A stretch of 64,000 nucleotides of DNA, from NCBI GenBank assembly GCA_036679605.1, contig JAZDCZ010000180.1, forward strand, positions 32,001 through 96,000, read 5' to 3'. Below, in pieces: positions 10,776-20,274 of the stretch. Made by a program: the position numbers and the translations under genes. The notes beneath the pieces were generated by a model. The model was given only the letters and a program-made list of their open reading frames with translations. It was not told the DNA's origin and did not search any database. This stretch comes from Gemmatimonadota bacterium (GTDB lineage: Bacteria > Gemmatimonadota > Gemmatimonadetes > Gemmatimonadales > GWC2-71-9). The first letter of the stretch is position 1, and each line of letters opens with the position of its first letter.

Positions 10776-11981
10776 TCAGCGAGAGAAGAGATGGCCCAGT
10801 TTGTCGCGCTTCACGGCCAGGTAGTCTCGATTCTCGGCCGTAGTGTCGACGACGATGGGAACTCGCTCGACGATCTCGAGACCGTACCCGTCCAAGCCCA
10901 CGAGTTTATGAGGGTTGTTCGTGAGCACCTTGATCGATCTGAGCCCCAAATCCAATAGAATCTGGGCACCGACCCCATAGTCTCTGAGATCGGGCGCGAA
11001 CCCAAGCTGTTTGTTTGCTTCAACGGTATCGTGTCCTTCATCTTGCAGCTGGTAAGCCTTGAGTTTGTTCAAAAGACCGATGCCTCGCCCCTCCTGGTCG
11101 AGATAGACGACCGCCCCCACTCCCTCATCTGCAATCATCTGCATCGCACACGCCAGTTGCCATCCGCAATCGCAGCGCGCTGAAGCGAATACGTCTCCCG
11201 TCAGACACTTCGAGTGCATCCGTACAAGAACATCTTTCCGCTGGGTCAGATCGCCATACACCAGAGCGATATGTTCTGCCTTGTCCACGTCGTTGGCGTA
11301 TCCAATAATCCTAAACTCTCCAAAGGGAGTGGGCAGTCTCGCATCGGCCACACGATGAACCAATCGCTCATTCCGCAGTCGATATGCCACCAATTGAGCA
11401 ACTGTTACTAAGGTCAGGTCGTGTTCCTTCGCGAATTTCACCAGCTGCTGCCGCCGCATCATCGCCCCATCTTCCGCCATCACTTCGCAAATGACGCCCG
11501 CTGGGACTAGACCGGCCAAGCGAGCCAGATCTATACTCGCCTCAGTATGCCCAACCCGTTGAAGAACACCGCCCGGCCGCCCTCTCAACGGAAATACGTG
11601 ACCCGGTCGCCGAAGATCGGCGGGCACCGTCTTACGATCGATCGCGACCTGAACTGTCCTAGCCCGATCGGCAGCCGAGATCCCGGTAGTCACTCCAAAC
11701 CGCTCTGCCGCATCAACACTCACGGTGAATGCTGTCTCGGAAGATTCGGTATTGGTTGCCGCCATCTGCGGTAGCTCAAGCTCGGCGCAACGCTCTGCGC
11801 TCAGTGCCAGGCAGATGAGTCCCCTGCCATACCGCGACATGAAGTTGATCGTTTCAGGCGACACGTGGGCCGCAGCACCAACCAGGTCGCCTTCACACTC
11901 CCGGTTTTCGTCGTCTGCTACGACGATCAACCGGCCTTCACGAATATCTGTAATTGCCTGCTCTATCGTACCTATCTGCAT
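10776..11981 (-). CDS. ribBA: bifunctional DHBP synthase / GTP cyclohydrolase II
   Basis: DDENRECEGD, TTGISAADR, GHTEA, RMHSKCLTGDVF..RCDCG, QEGRGIGL, LTNNP. Confidence 0.97.
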   Translation of the reverse strand: MQIGTIEQAITDIREGRLIVVADDENRECEGDLVGAAAHVSPETINFMSRYGRGLICLALSAERCAELELPQMAATNTESSETAFTVSVDAAERFGVTTGISAADRARTVQVAIDRKTVPADLRRPGHVFPLRGRPGGVLQRVGHTEASIDLARLAGLVPAGVICEVMAEDGAMMRRQQLVKFAKEHDLTLVTVAQLVAYRLRNERLVHRVADARLPTPFGEFRIIGYANDVDKAEHIALVYGDLTQRKDVLVRMHSKCLTGDVFASARCDCGWQLACAMQMIADEGVGAVVYLDQEGRGIGLLNKLKAYQLQDEGHDTVEANKQLGFAPDLRDYGVGAQILLDLGLRSIKVLTNNPHKLVGLDGYGLEIVERVPIVVDTTAENRDYLAVKRDKLGHLFSR

Positions 11982-12002
11982 CGGCAGTCATCTCCCGCCA
12001 CT

Positions 12003-12596
12003 CTAGCCTTGCCTCTCATTGACCAACTGACGCACAAACTTGCCGATCATATCGGCTTCAACGTGCACCCTATCGCCGGGCTTCAACTTGCGCAGGGTCG
12101 TGTTCTCTAGCGTGTAGGGTATTAACGCGAACTGGATCAAACCGGGTTCCAGGATCTCGTTAACAGTAAGACTCACACCGTCGATCGTGATCGACCCGTG
12201 CGGCACTGTGATTTCCGCGACTTCCGCCGGCACACTGACGTTCACCAACGTCGCATCGGCCTCATTCTCTACGGCGGTTATCGTTCCAACCGCATCCACA
12301 TGCCCCTGCACCAGATGCCCTCCAAGCCTCTCCCCTATTGGGAGCGCCCGCTCGAGGTTAACCTCGTCGCCCTCCACGATCTCATCAAACCACGTCCTGC
12401 CTCTCGTCGTAACCACTGCATCTACGGCGAATGAGTCGTCGCAGCAGTCTACGACAGTGAGACAAGCACCGCTTATGGCAATGCTCTCTCCGATCTCCAG
12501 ATCGGAAAACGTGGCTCGGACCCTGAACCTCAGACGGTCCCCGCTCCGCTCGACTGCGGAGATTTCGCCAACTTCGGTCACGATTCCAGTAAACAT
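12003..12596 (-). CDS. ribE: riboflavin synthase
   Basis: Canonical MFTGIV N-terminus at ATG 12596, GACLTV, GGHLVQGHVD, DGVSLT. Confidence 0.95.
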   Translation of the reverse strand: MFTGIVTEVGEISAVERSGDRLRFRVRATFSDLEIGESIAISGACLTVVDCCDDSFAVDAVVTTRGRTWFDEIVEGDEVNLERALPIGERLGGHLVQGHVDAVGTITAVENEADATLVNVSVPAEVAEITVPHGSITIDGVSLTVNEILEPGLIQFALIPYTLENTTLRKLKPGDRVHVEADMIGKFVRQLVNERQG

Positions 12597-13663
12597 AGCT
12601 CTCGATCTACTACCAATAATGTATCCCTGCCAAGGCTCCTGCGCTCGGTGGGCACCCAGCCCGACACGCAGTCGAGTGCCGTGGGATGGGCTGGACCCAG
12701 CCCCGGGACACCCGATCCGAGTAAAATGGGGGCCTGAATCCAATAGAGTCGATCGACCACGCGGGCATCCAGCAATTCGCGGGCTAGCGTCCCGCCCCCT
12801 TCAATCAAGATGGATTCAATACCCTTGGCTCGTAGGGCCCTAAGAGCCTCGCCAATGCCGCTGGCTGCCAAGACCTCTACCTCGGTTCCCTCGAGATCCG
12901 CTTCGGATTCGCGACTCTTGCCAGGTTCGGCCACTAATATGGTCGGGGTCGTTCCGGCAGTCTGGGCGATTCTCGACAGCGGTGAGAGCCGCCCGGACCG
13001 GCTGAAAACGATTCGCGTGGGAGGCACCCGCGGCTCGATATCCCCCCTTACTGTAAGCTGAGGATCGTCCTCCTCTACCGTACGGCGCCCCACTCCCAAA
13101 GCATCAAATCCAGCGCGGAGCCAGTGCACGTAGTTGCGGGCCACTTCCCCTGATATCCACTGGGATCTCCGATTTTCGTCCGCGATGAACCCGTCCAGAG
13201 ACGTGGCGAGCTTGAGGGCCACGTATGGAAGATCCGTGCGCGTGCGACTCAAGAGGAACTGCGAATTCAAAGCCGCCGCCTCGGCTGCGCAGACGCCGCT
13301 CGCGACCTCGATTCCTGCGTTACGCAGACTCTCGGCGCCGCCTGCAGCTGCCCGATCGGGATCTTGAACAGCAAAGACGACGCGCTTGACTCCAGCCGCC
13401 TCTAGGGCGTCGGTGCAGGCGGCAGTTTTCCCTTGGTGACAGCACGGCTCGAGGTTGATTACACAAGTCGCACCTTCAGCGGATTCGCACGAATCGAGTG
13501 CCGCGACCTCGGCGTGCGGCGCCCCAAATTCCCGGTGATACCCCTCTCCAACAACCTCACCATCCTCGAGCAACACCGCACCAACCAGGGGGTTTGGCGC
13601 AACTCGTCCCCAGCCTTGAAGTGCAAGCGAGATAGCCCGCATCATTGCCTGCTCCTCCGTCAC
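12578..13663 (-). CDS. ribD: riboflavin biosynthesis deaminase/reductase
   Basis: PNPLVGAV, HAE..LEPC Zn motif, KLATSLDG, IEGGG; start set to GTG 13663. Confidence 0.95.
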   Translation of the reverse strand: MTEEQAMMRAISLALQGWGRVAPNPLVGAVLLEDGEVVGEGYHREFGAPHAEVAALDSCESAEGATCVINLEPCCHQGKTAACTDALEAAGVKRVVFAVQDPDRAAAGGAESLRNAGIEVASGVCAAEAAALNSQFLLSRTRTDLPYVALKLATSLDGFIADENRRSQWISGEVARNYVHWLRAGFDALGVGRRTVEEDDPQLTVRGDIEPRVPPTRIVFSRSGRLSPLSRIAQTAGTTPTILVAEPGKSRESEADLEGTEVEVLAASGIGEALRALRAKGIESILIEGGGTLARELLDARVVDRLYWIQAPILLGSGVPGLGPAHPTALDCVSGWVPTERRSLGRDTLLVVDRELCLLES

Positions 13664-13703
13664 CTCTTGCCGCCCCCCGGTTGGCACATGGCGATCGCCA
13701 CCC

Positions 13704-14726
13704 TCACACCAGCTCCACTCCGGTTCCCGGCACGACATTGCCCGCTACCCAAGTGCCTACGCCCGCCACGTCCGCGGCCGCACGTACGGACCCGAGTTCA
13801 TCTTCGGGAACGGCAGCAATCATGCCCACTCCCATATTGAACACCCCGAACATTTCGGCCTCGCTTACGTGCCCCGCATCCTGTAGGACACGGAAAAGCG
13901 GCGGGACTGGCCATGCGTCGCGCCGGACAACGGCACCACATCCATCGGGTAAGGTCCTTGCCAGGTTTCCCGGAATCCCACCGCCGGTTATGTGTGCTAA
14001 TCCATGCAGCTGCCGCAACACGGGAGAAATGGCTCTCCAATAGCTGACGTGGACGGATAGAAGCAGTTCGCCCACCGAAGCACCCAGTCCGGGCACTTCG
14101 CTGTCGATGTCGAGCCCCATGTCCGCGAACAGAATCTTTCTGGCGAGCGTGTATCCGTTCGTGTGAAGCCCACTCGATTCATAGCCCACCAGTAGATCAC
14201 CAACTTGCACAGCGTCGCCGGACAGGATCCAGTCCTCCGACACGACACCAGCGATCGTGCCCGCGAGATCGTAGTCACCCTCACTGTACAGGTCCGGTAG
14301 CTGGGCTGTTTCACCTCCGAGAAGCGGCATTTCATGCTGGCGGCAGCCGCGGCCGACACCGTCGACAATAGAAGCGACGACGTGGGGGTCCAGCGCCGCA
14401 CCGGCAACGTAGTCCTGAAACGCCAAAGGAGTTGCCCCTTGCACAAGGATGTCGTTGACACAGTGGTTCACGAGATCCTCACCGATCGTGTCGTAGCGCC
14501 CCGCCCTGAGAGCAACCAGGATCTTGGTCCCAACACCGTCCGTGCTCATCACCAGTACCGGCTTGCCAACATCTTCCGGAATTCGGACCATCCCGCCGAA
14601 GCCTCCGAAGGCCCCGAGCGTATCAGATGAACGAGTTGAGGAAACGGTATCCCGAATTCGCCGCTTGGTCTGCTCGGCAACCTCGAGATCGACCCCGGAT
14701 TCGCGATAACGGTCGGCCGATTGCAT
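13704..14726 (-). CDS. purM: phosphoribosylformylglycinamidine cyclo-ligase
   Basis: YRESGVD, STDGVGTK, GGETA, SSGLHTNGY, AHITGGG, FNMGVG. Confidence 0.97.
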   Translation of the reverse strand: MQSADRYRESGVDLEVAEQTKRRIRDTVSSTRSSDTLGAFGGFGGMVRIPEDVGKPVLVMSTDGVGTKILVALRAGRYDTIGEDLVNHCVNDILVQGATPLAFQDYVAGAALDPHVVASIVDGVGRGCRQHEMPLLGGETAQLPDLYSEGDYDLAGTIAGVVSEDWILSGDAVQVGDLLVGYESSGLHTNGYTLARKILFADMGLDIDSEVPGLGASVGELLLSVHVSYWRAISPVLRQLHGLAHITGGGIPGNLARTLPDGCGAVVRRDAWPVPPLFRVLQDAGHVSEAEMFGVFNMGVGMIAAVPEDELGSVRAAADVAGVGTWVAGNVVPGTGVELV

Positions 14727-14763
14727 TGCTATCGGGAAGATCGCCCGGGTCTAATCATCTCAG

Positions 14764-15696
14764 TCACGCCCCAGCCGGATCATGCTCCGGATCTACCTGG
14801 AAGTGGACCAAGTCGCTGAATTCCCGGACCCTTGCAGTCACCTCAGCAGCTCCAATCTCCTGGAACCGATCGATAGAAAAGCGCTCCACCGCGAACGAGC
14901 CCATGGCTGAGCCGTAGACCATGGCGCGGCGCAAATCAGCAGGAGTCAGGTCGTTGATTCCGGCGAGATGCGCCATGAATCCGCCGGCGAATGCGTCCCC
15001 CGCCCCAGTCGGATCGAACACCTCCTCCAGAGGGAACGCCGGGACGTAAAACACGCGGTCCGGTTGTACGAGCACCGCACCGTAGGCACCTTGTTTGATA
15101 ACCGCCATCTTCGGTCCGCGCTCCAAAATCCATCGTGCGGCACGGTAGATGTTCCAGTCTCCCGATAGCTCACGCGCTTCTGAGTCGTTCACCAAGAGAA
15201 CGTCGATCCGTCCTAGCAAGTCCAGCAGCACCTCACGCTTGCCCTGGATCCAGTAATTCATCGTATCGCAGGCTACCAACCGTGGTTCGCGGATTTGGTT
15301 CAGAACGCTCAGTTGCAATTCCGGATCGATGTTTCCGAGGAAAACCATCTCCGTGTCTCTAAATTCATCGGGTATTTGCGGATTGAATTCTGCAAATACG
15401 CCTAGCCGCGTATCGAGGGTCTCGCGGCTCTGCAGATCGTAAGAATACTTGCCCTTCCAGCGGAAACTCTCTCCTGCTTTCCGCTCCACCCCGGCCAAAT
15501 CGACGCCGCGCTCACGTAAGCGTTCGAGCGCATCGAACGGATAGTCTTCACCAACGACCCCGACCATGCGAACCTCGTGCAGCAGCGAGGCGGCATAACT
15601 GAAGAAGACCGCGGATCCACCCAAAGCGTCGGCATTAGATCCGAAGGGGGTCTGTACGGAATCGAGGGCAATGCTTCCAACCACGAGTAATGACAC
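14764..15696 (-). CDS. PfkB family carbohydrate/nucleoside kinase
   Basis: VVGSIALD, GGSA, DTMNYWI, DPTGAGDAFAGG; start GTG 15696. Confidence 0.92.
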   Translation of the reverse strand: MSLLVVGSIALDSVQTPFGSNADALGGSAVFFSYAASLLHEVRMVGVVGEDYPFDALERLRERGVDLAGVERKAGESFRWKGKYSYDLQSRETLDTRLGVFAEFNPQIPDEFRDTEMVFLGNIDPELQLSVLNQIREPRLVACDTMNYWIQGKREVLLDLLGRIDVLLVNDSEARELSGDWNIYRAARWILERGPKMAVIKQGAYGAVLVQPDRVFYVPAFPLEEVFDPTGAGDAFAGGFMAHLAGINDLTPADLRRAMVYGSAMGSFAVERFSIDRFQEIGAAEVTARVREFSDLVHFQVDPEHDPAGA

Positions 15697-15698
15697 GA

Positions 15699-17348
15699 TT
15701 ACATTCGCTCCGGGGCGCTCACGCCCAATAAGTGTAGGCAGTTTGCCAAGACTATCTGGATCGCACGCGTCAACACAAGTCGTGCAGCCTCCAGTTCCTT
15801 CTGCACACCGACTACTCTGTGTCGATGGTACCAACCGTTGGTCAACCGCGCGAGATCCTCTGTGTAACTTGTTATGCGATGCGGCTCCAGAGCCTCGGCC
15901 GCTCGCGTGACGACCTTGGGAAATTCAGCAAGATGTTTGATTACCGCCTGCTCATCTGGTTCGGCAAGAAGCGACAAATCAGCACCATCAGCCGTGACCT
16001 CAGCGGCCTCAATTTCTGCGGTGCGGAAAATCCCGGCCATCCGAGTGTGCGCATACTGCACATAGTAAACCGGATTCTCGTCCGACTGCTTTGTTGCAAG
16101 ATCCAAATCGAACACAAATTGCGCATCGCCCCTTCGCATCAGGAAGAAGTAGCGTGCAGCATCCGTTCCCGTCTCCTGCACTAGATCACGGAGGGTCACG
16201 AAATCGCCTGAGCGCTTCGAGAAGCGCAACTCGGTTCCATCTCTCATGACACGCACCAACTGAACCAGAACCACTTTAAAAAAGTTGTCCGGCATACCTA
16301 GAGCTTTGAGAGCGGCCGTCACTCTTCCGACGTATCCGTGATGGTCGGCGCCCCAAACATCGATTACCGTATCGAACTTGCGACCGGCCTTGTCACGATG
16401 ATACGCGATATCGGGCAGGAAGTAGGTAAAGGATCCGTCGCTCTTGCGCAGCACCCGATCCTTCTCGTCACCGTATTCCGAAGTCTTGAACCACAGTGCG
16501 CCGTCTCGCTCGTATGTCAGTTGGTGCTCAGCTAAATCTGCCAAGGTGGCTTCGACCAACTTATCGGCGTACAGCTTGCTTTCGTTATACGTGACGTCGA
16601 AGTGGACGCCGAACTCCGCTAAGTCGCGGTCCTGCTCCTCGCGCTGCTCCTTAACGGCTACCGTGCGGCAGCGCGCCACTCCTTCTTCTCGATGCAAATC
16701 CGCCAACTCCCCGCCATCCGCAGCGAGCATCCGCTGAGCCAGGTCCACTATGTATTGTCCGTGATACCCTCCCTCCGGGATCTCTGCCGACCGGCCGACA
16801 GCTTGCTGCACCCGTGCCCAGACCGATTCCGCCAGCCGGTCGATCTGTACACCGGCATCATTGACGTAGAATTCCCTGGTGACCGAATAGCCCGTGGCTT
16901 GCAGCAACGTGGCTATGGCATCACCCAGCGCCGCGCCCCGTCCGTGCCCCACATGGAGCGGACCCGTTGGATTGGCCGACACAAACTCGACATTGATACT
17001 ATGACCGCTACCCACATCCGAGTGCCCGTACTGATCTACGGCGGCAAGTACGTTCTGCAGCACCTGGGTGAGAGCCCCCTCGGCAAGCCAAAAATTGATG
17101 AAACCAGGGCCTGCGATTTCTACCTTCGAGATCAGGGTATCGTCCAGCTCGAGTTTGGCGACTAATTGCTCGGCTACTTCGCGAGGCTTTCGCCCCAGCC
17201 GCTTCGCCAACCGGAGCGCCAAGTTGGTCGCGAGATCTCCGTGGGATACCTCGCGCGGTCGCTCCAAGACAATATCTACGCCGTCTACACCCAACGATTC
17301 TACGACCCGTAGCAGCGCGGAGTGGAGCCGGCCGGCTCCGTCAGTCAG
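15699..17348 (-). CDS. argS: arginine--tRNA ligase
   Basis: EFVSANPTGPLHVGH, WGADHHGY, NPVYYVQYAH, C-terminal APERM; start uncertain (CTG 17348 preferred, TTG 17294 alternative). Confidence 0.96.
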   Translation of the reverse strand: MTDGAGRLHSALLRVVESLGVDGVDIVLERPREVSHGDLATNLALRLAKRLGRKPREVAEQLVAKLELDDTLISKVEIAGPGFINFWLAEGALTQVLQNVLAAVDQYGHSDVGSGHSINVEFVSANPTGPLHVGHGRGAALGDAIATLLQATGYSVTREFYVNDAGVQIDRLAESVWARVQQAVGRSAEIPEGGYHGQYIVDLAQRMLAADGGELADLHREEGVARCRTVAVKEQREEQDRDLAEFGVHFDVTYNESKLYADKLVEATLADLAEHQLTYERDGALWFKTSEYGDEKDRVLRKSDGSFTYFLPDIAYHRDKAGRKFDTVIDVWGADHHGYVGRVTAALKALGMPDNFFKVVLVQLVRVMRDGTELRFSKRSGDFVTLRDLVQETGTDAARYFFLMRRGDAQFVFDLDLATKQSDENPVYYVQYAHTRMAGIFRTAEIEAAEVTADGADLSLLAEPDEQAVIKHLAEFPKVVTRAAEALEPHRITSYTEDLARLTNGWYHRHRVVGVQKELEAARLVLTRAIQIVLANCLHLLGVSAPERM

Positions 17349-17647
17349 GACTCGGCTCCCGCCTTAGGCTTGGGCTTGTCAGACCCGGAACCTTTCTTCT
17401 CCTTGGATTCATCTTTCTTCTTTGGCTTCTCACCCGACTCCCCTGATTCGGACTGTTTCTCGCCCGCACGCTTGTAATCGGTGATATAGAAACCTGACCC
17501 CTTGAAGATGATCCCAGCGCCGCCAGTGATGACACGATCGCCACGGGCACCGCATTCGGGACACTTCGCACGGGTGTCGTCGCTGATTTTCTGCAGCTTT
17601 TCATACTCGTGTCCACATTTGGGACAACTATATCCATATGTTGGCAT
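17345..17647 (-). CDS. FmdB-family zinc ribbon protein
   Basis: MPTYGYSCPKCGH..CPECG..FKGSGFYITDY plus a K/E/S-rich tail. Confidence 0.92.
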   Translation of the reverse strand: MPTYGYSCPKCGHEYEKLQKISDDTRAKCPECGARGDRVITGGAGIIFKGSGFYITDYKRAGEKQSESGESGEKPKKKDESKEKKGSGSDKPKPKAGAES

Positions 17648-17704
17648 CGCGCAAACCCTTTAATTACAACAACCTAGCGAACTTGGCTAGGACTGTCGGA
17701 GTGG

Positions 17705-19267
17705 TCAAGCCGGTGTCCGGAAGGTGCCCCACACGGATCGCAAACTGTCGCTGATCTCGCCAACCGTCGCTCGGGCACTGACCGCCTCGATGATAAGCGG
17801 CATGAGCGCACCCGAACCGCTGGCCGCGGCACCAAGCTGCTGGAGTACCGCCTCACAGCGCTGTGTGTCCCGACCGGATCGAGCCTTCTGAAGACGTTCT
17901 ATTTGACGCACCGCGAGTTCGTCATATGCCGGTGTAGACACGCCGAGATCTCCTTCGCTTTCTTCAAAACGATTCACACCGACCACGATCGATTCGCCCC
18001 TCTCAGTCGCACGCTGCTGAGCGTACGCCGACTCGGCAATCGCGTCTTGAAAGTAACCATCGTTGATCTGCGAGGCGGCACCGCCAGCCTCGATCACCTG
18101 ATCTATGATGAGCCGTGCCGCGCTCTCGATTTCCGCGGTCAGTGTCTCTACATAGTATGAGCCACCGAAGGGGTCGACCGTCTGAGCGACTCCAGACTCG
18201 TACGCGAGAATCTGTTGCGTGCGAAGCGCGAGTCTCGCCGCCTCCGCACTCGGTAGAGCGAGGGCCTCGTCGTATCCATTGGTATGCAAGGACTGCGTTC
18301 CACCGAGAACCGCAGCAAGCGCCTGGATGGCAACGCGCACGACGTTATTCCGCGGCTGCTGGGCCGTGAGTGTCGAGCCGCCGGTCTGGATATGGAACCT
18401 CAAACGACAACTCTTGTCGTCGCCATCGTAGCGTTCGCGTACCAGTCGGGCCCACAGTCGGCGTGCCGCCCGGAACTTCGCTACCTCCTCAAACAGATCG
18501 CTATGCGAAGCAAAGAAGAAGGAAATCCGCTGCGCAACAAGATTCACGTCAAGACCCGCCGCAGCCGCGCGATCCAAGTACTCTATGCCGTTGGCAAAGG
18601 TGAAGGCGATCTCTTGTATCGCCGTCGCTCCCGCCTCCCGAATGTGATAACCGCTTACCGATATCGGGTTGAAATTCAACTCCTCGTCCAGCACGAAGCG
18701 GAACGTGTCGGTAACGAGACGCAGCGACGGCTCGATCGGATAGATATACGTGCCTCGCGCGATGTATTCCTTGAGAACGTCATTTTGTATTGTGCCGCGC
18801 AGTTGGCTCCGTGAGATGCCTCGCTCTTCCGCAACGACGATGTACATCGCCAAGAGGATCGCCGCAGTCGCGTTTATGGTCATCGAGGTCGACACGGTAT
18901 CAAGCGGGATTCCTTCGAACAGGCTAGCGAAGTCGTCGACAGTATCGATGGCGACGCCCGCCCGACCTACCTCGCCCTCCGCGATCGCTGCGTCTGAATC
19001 GTATCCCATCTGAGTTGGGAGATCGAATGCTACTGACAGTCCTGTCTGTCCGGCTTCGAGCAGTTCACGAAACCGGAGGTTGGTCTCTTCCGCCGTTCCG
19101 AAGCCGGCGTACTGCCGCATGGTCCACAGTCGGCCCCGATACATATTCGGGTAGATGCCGCGGGTGTAGGGAAATTGGCCCGGGTTTTCGGAATCGGTAC
19201 CGCAATCGCCAGGACCGTAGACCGGCTTGATCATCAACCCCGACGGTGAGCGTCGCTCGTCGCTCAT
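17705..19267 (-). CDS. methylmalonyl-CoA mutase, substrate-binding large subunit (no B12-binding domain)
   Basis: PGQFPYTRG, TMRQYAGF, AFDLPTQMGYDSD, QNDVLKEYIARGT, SGYHIREAG; ends before any DxHxxG domain. Confidence 0.93.
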   Translation of the reverse strand: MSDERRSPSGLMIKPVYGPGDCGTDSENPGQFPYTRGIYPNMYRGRLWTMRQYAGFGTAEETNLRFRELLEAGQTGLSVAFDLPTQMGYDSDAAIAEGEVGRAGVAIDTVDDFASLFEGIPLDTVSTSMTINATAAILLAMYIVVAEERGISRSQLRGTIQNDVLKEYIARGTYIYPIEPSLRLVTDTFRFVLDEELNFNPISVSGYHIREAGATAIQEIAFTFANGIEYLDRAAAAGLDVNLVAQRISFFFASHSDLFEEVAKFRAARRLWARLVRERYDGDDKSCRLRFHIQTGGSTLTAQQPRNNVVRVAIQALAAVLGGTQSLHTNGYDEALALPSAEAARLALRTQQILAYESGVAQTVDPFGGSYYVETLTAEIESAARLIIDQVIEAGGAASQINDGYFQDAIAESAYAQQRATERGESIVVGVNRFEESEGDLGVSTPAYDELAVRQIERLQKARSGRDTQRCEAVLQQLGAAASGSGALMPLIIEAVSARATVGEISDSLRSVWGTFRTPA

Positions 19268-20274
19268 GCTCCATCCACTTCAGCCAAGGTGGTCTCCACA
19301 AATTCCACGTCTTCCTTACTGCCGATTACAAGCGGGGTACGCTGGTGCAGACTCTCCGGTTCGATGTCGCGTATCCGTGTGGTCCCGCTCGACGCGAGTC
19401 CGCCTGCCTGCTCCGCGACGAACGCCAGTGGCGCAGCTTCATACAGCAACCTCAATTTGCCCTTGGGCGACCTTTCCTCCGCCGGATACATGAAGATCCC
19501 TCCGGCTACCAAGTTGCGATGAAAGTCAGCAACCAGCGAACCGATGTATCGGGCATTCTTTCGGCGTTCCGGACCACCTGCTCCTTTGAACGCACTGACC
19601 ACGCGGCGGTAGCCGTCCGACCACCTATGGTAGTAGCTCTCGTTGACGCTGTAATATTTCCCGACCGGTGGAGTCTTGATGTCGTGATCGCACAGCCGGA
19701 ATTCACCGATCGTCGGGTCGAGCTGGAACAGGTGCACGCCTTTGCCGGTGGTGTACACCAGCACGGTACTACTTCCGTAGATTACGTACCCCGCGGCTAC
19801 CTGTTCGCGACCGGGTTGTAGACAATCCTCGAGGGTTCCCGGACCGCTCTCTGAAACTCTTCGATGCACCGAAAATATGGTGCCGATCGAGGCGTTTACG
19901 TTGATATTTGACGATCCGTCCAAAGGGTCGTGCAGGAGCACGTACTTGCGCGGATTGTATTTCTCCGGAACTGGAAACGGATCGGGGTCTTCCTCGGAAG
20001 CAATAACGCAAACTCGCCCAGTACATCCCACCACTTGCTTCATGGTGTCGTTGGCAATGACGTCCAACTTCTGCTGTTTTTCTCCGTGGACGTTCACTCC
20101 CCCGGCGGCTCCGAGTATGTCGATTAGCCCCGCTCGTCGGACGTATCCGGATATGATCTTGGCAGCGAGCGCGATGTCGTAGAGCAGATCGGTAAGCTCA
20201 CCCGTGGCTTCCGGGTGCATCCGCTCCTGCTCGAGGAAGAATCGTTCGATTGTAATGACGGTTGGATCAGACAC
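19264..20274 (-). CDS. fbp: class 1 fructose-1,6-bisphosphatase
   Basis: KLDVIAN, DPLDGSSNI, ARYIGSLVADFHR, KLRLLYEAAP, HQRTP. Confidence 0.97.
   Translation of the reverse strand: MSDPTVITIERFFLEQERMHPEATGELTDLLYDIALAAKIISGYVRRAGLIDILGAAGGVNVHGEKQQKLDVIANDTMKQVVGCTGRVCVIASEEDPDPFPVPEKYNPRKYVLLHDPLDGSSNINVNASIGTIFSVHRRVSESGPGTLEDCLQPGREQVAAGYVIYGSSTVLVYTTGKGVHLFQLDPTIGEFRLCDHDIKTPPVGKYYSVNESYYHRWSDGYRRVVSAFKGAGGPERRKNARYIGSLVADFHRNLVAGGIFMYPAEERSPKGKLRLLYEAAPLAFVAEQAGGLASSGTTRIRDIEPESLHQRTPLVIGSKEDVEFVETTLAEVDGA

Noticed and set aside
13664..13703. FMN riboswitch before the rib genes
   Set aside because: The gap is only 40 nt and lacks RFN conserved motifs.
17350..17460. Low-complexity purine/pyrimidine-biased tract
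   Set aside because: Explained by the K/E/S-rich tail of the FmdB-family protein.
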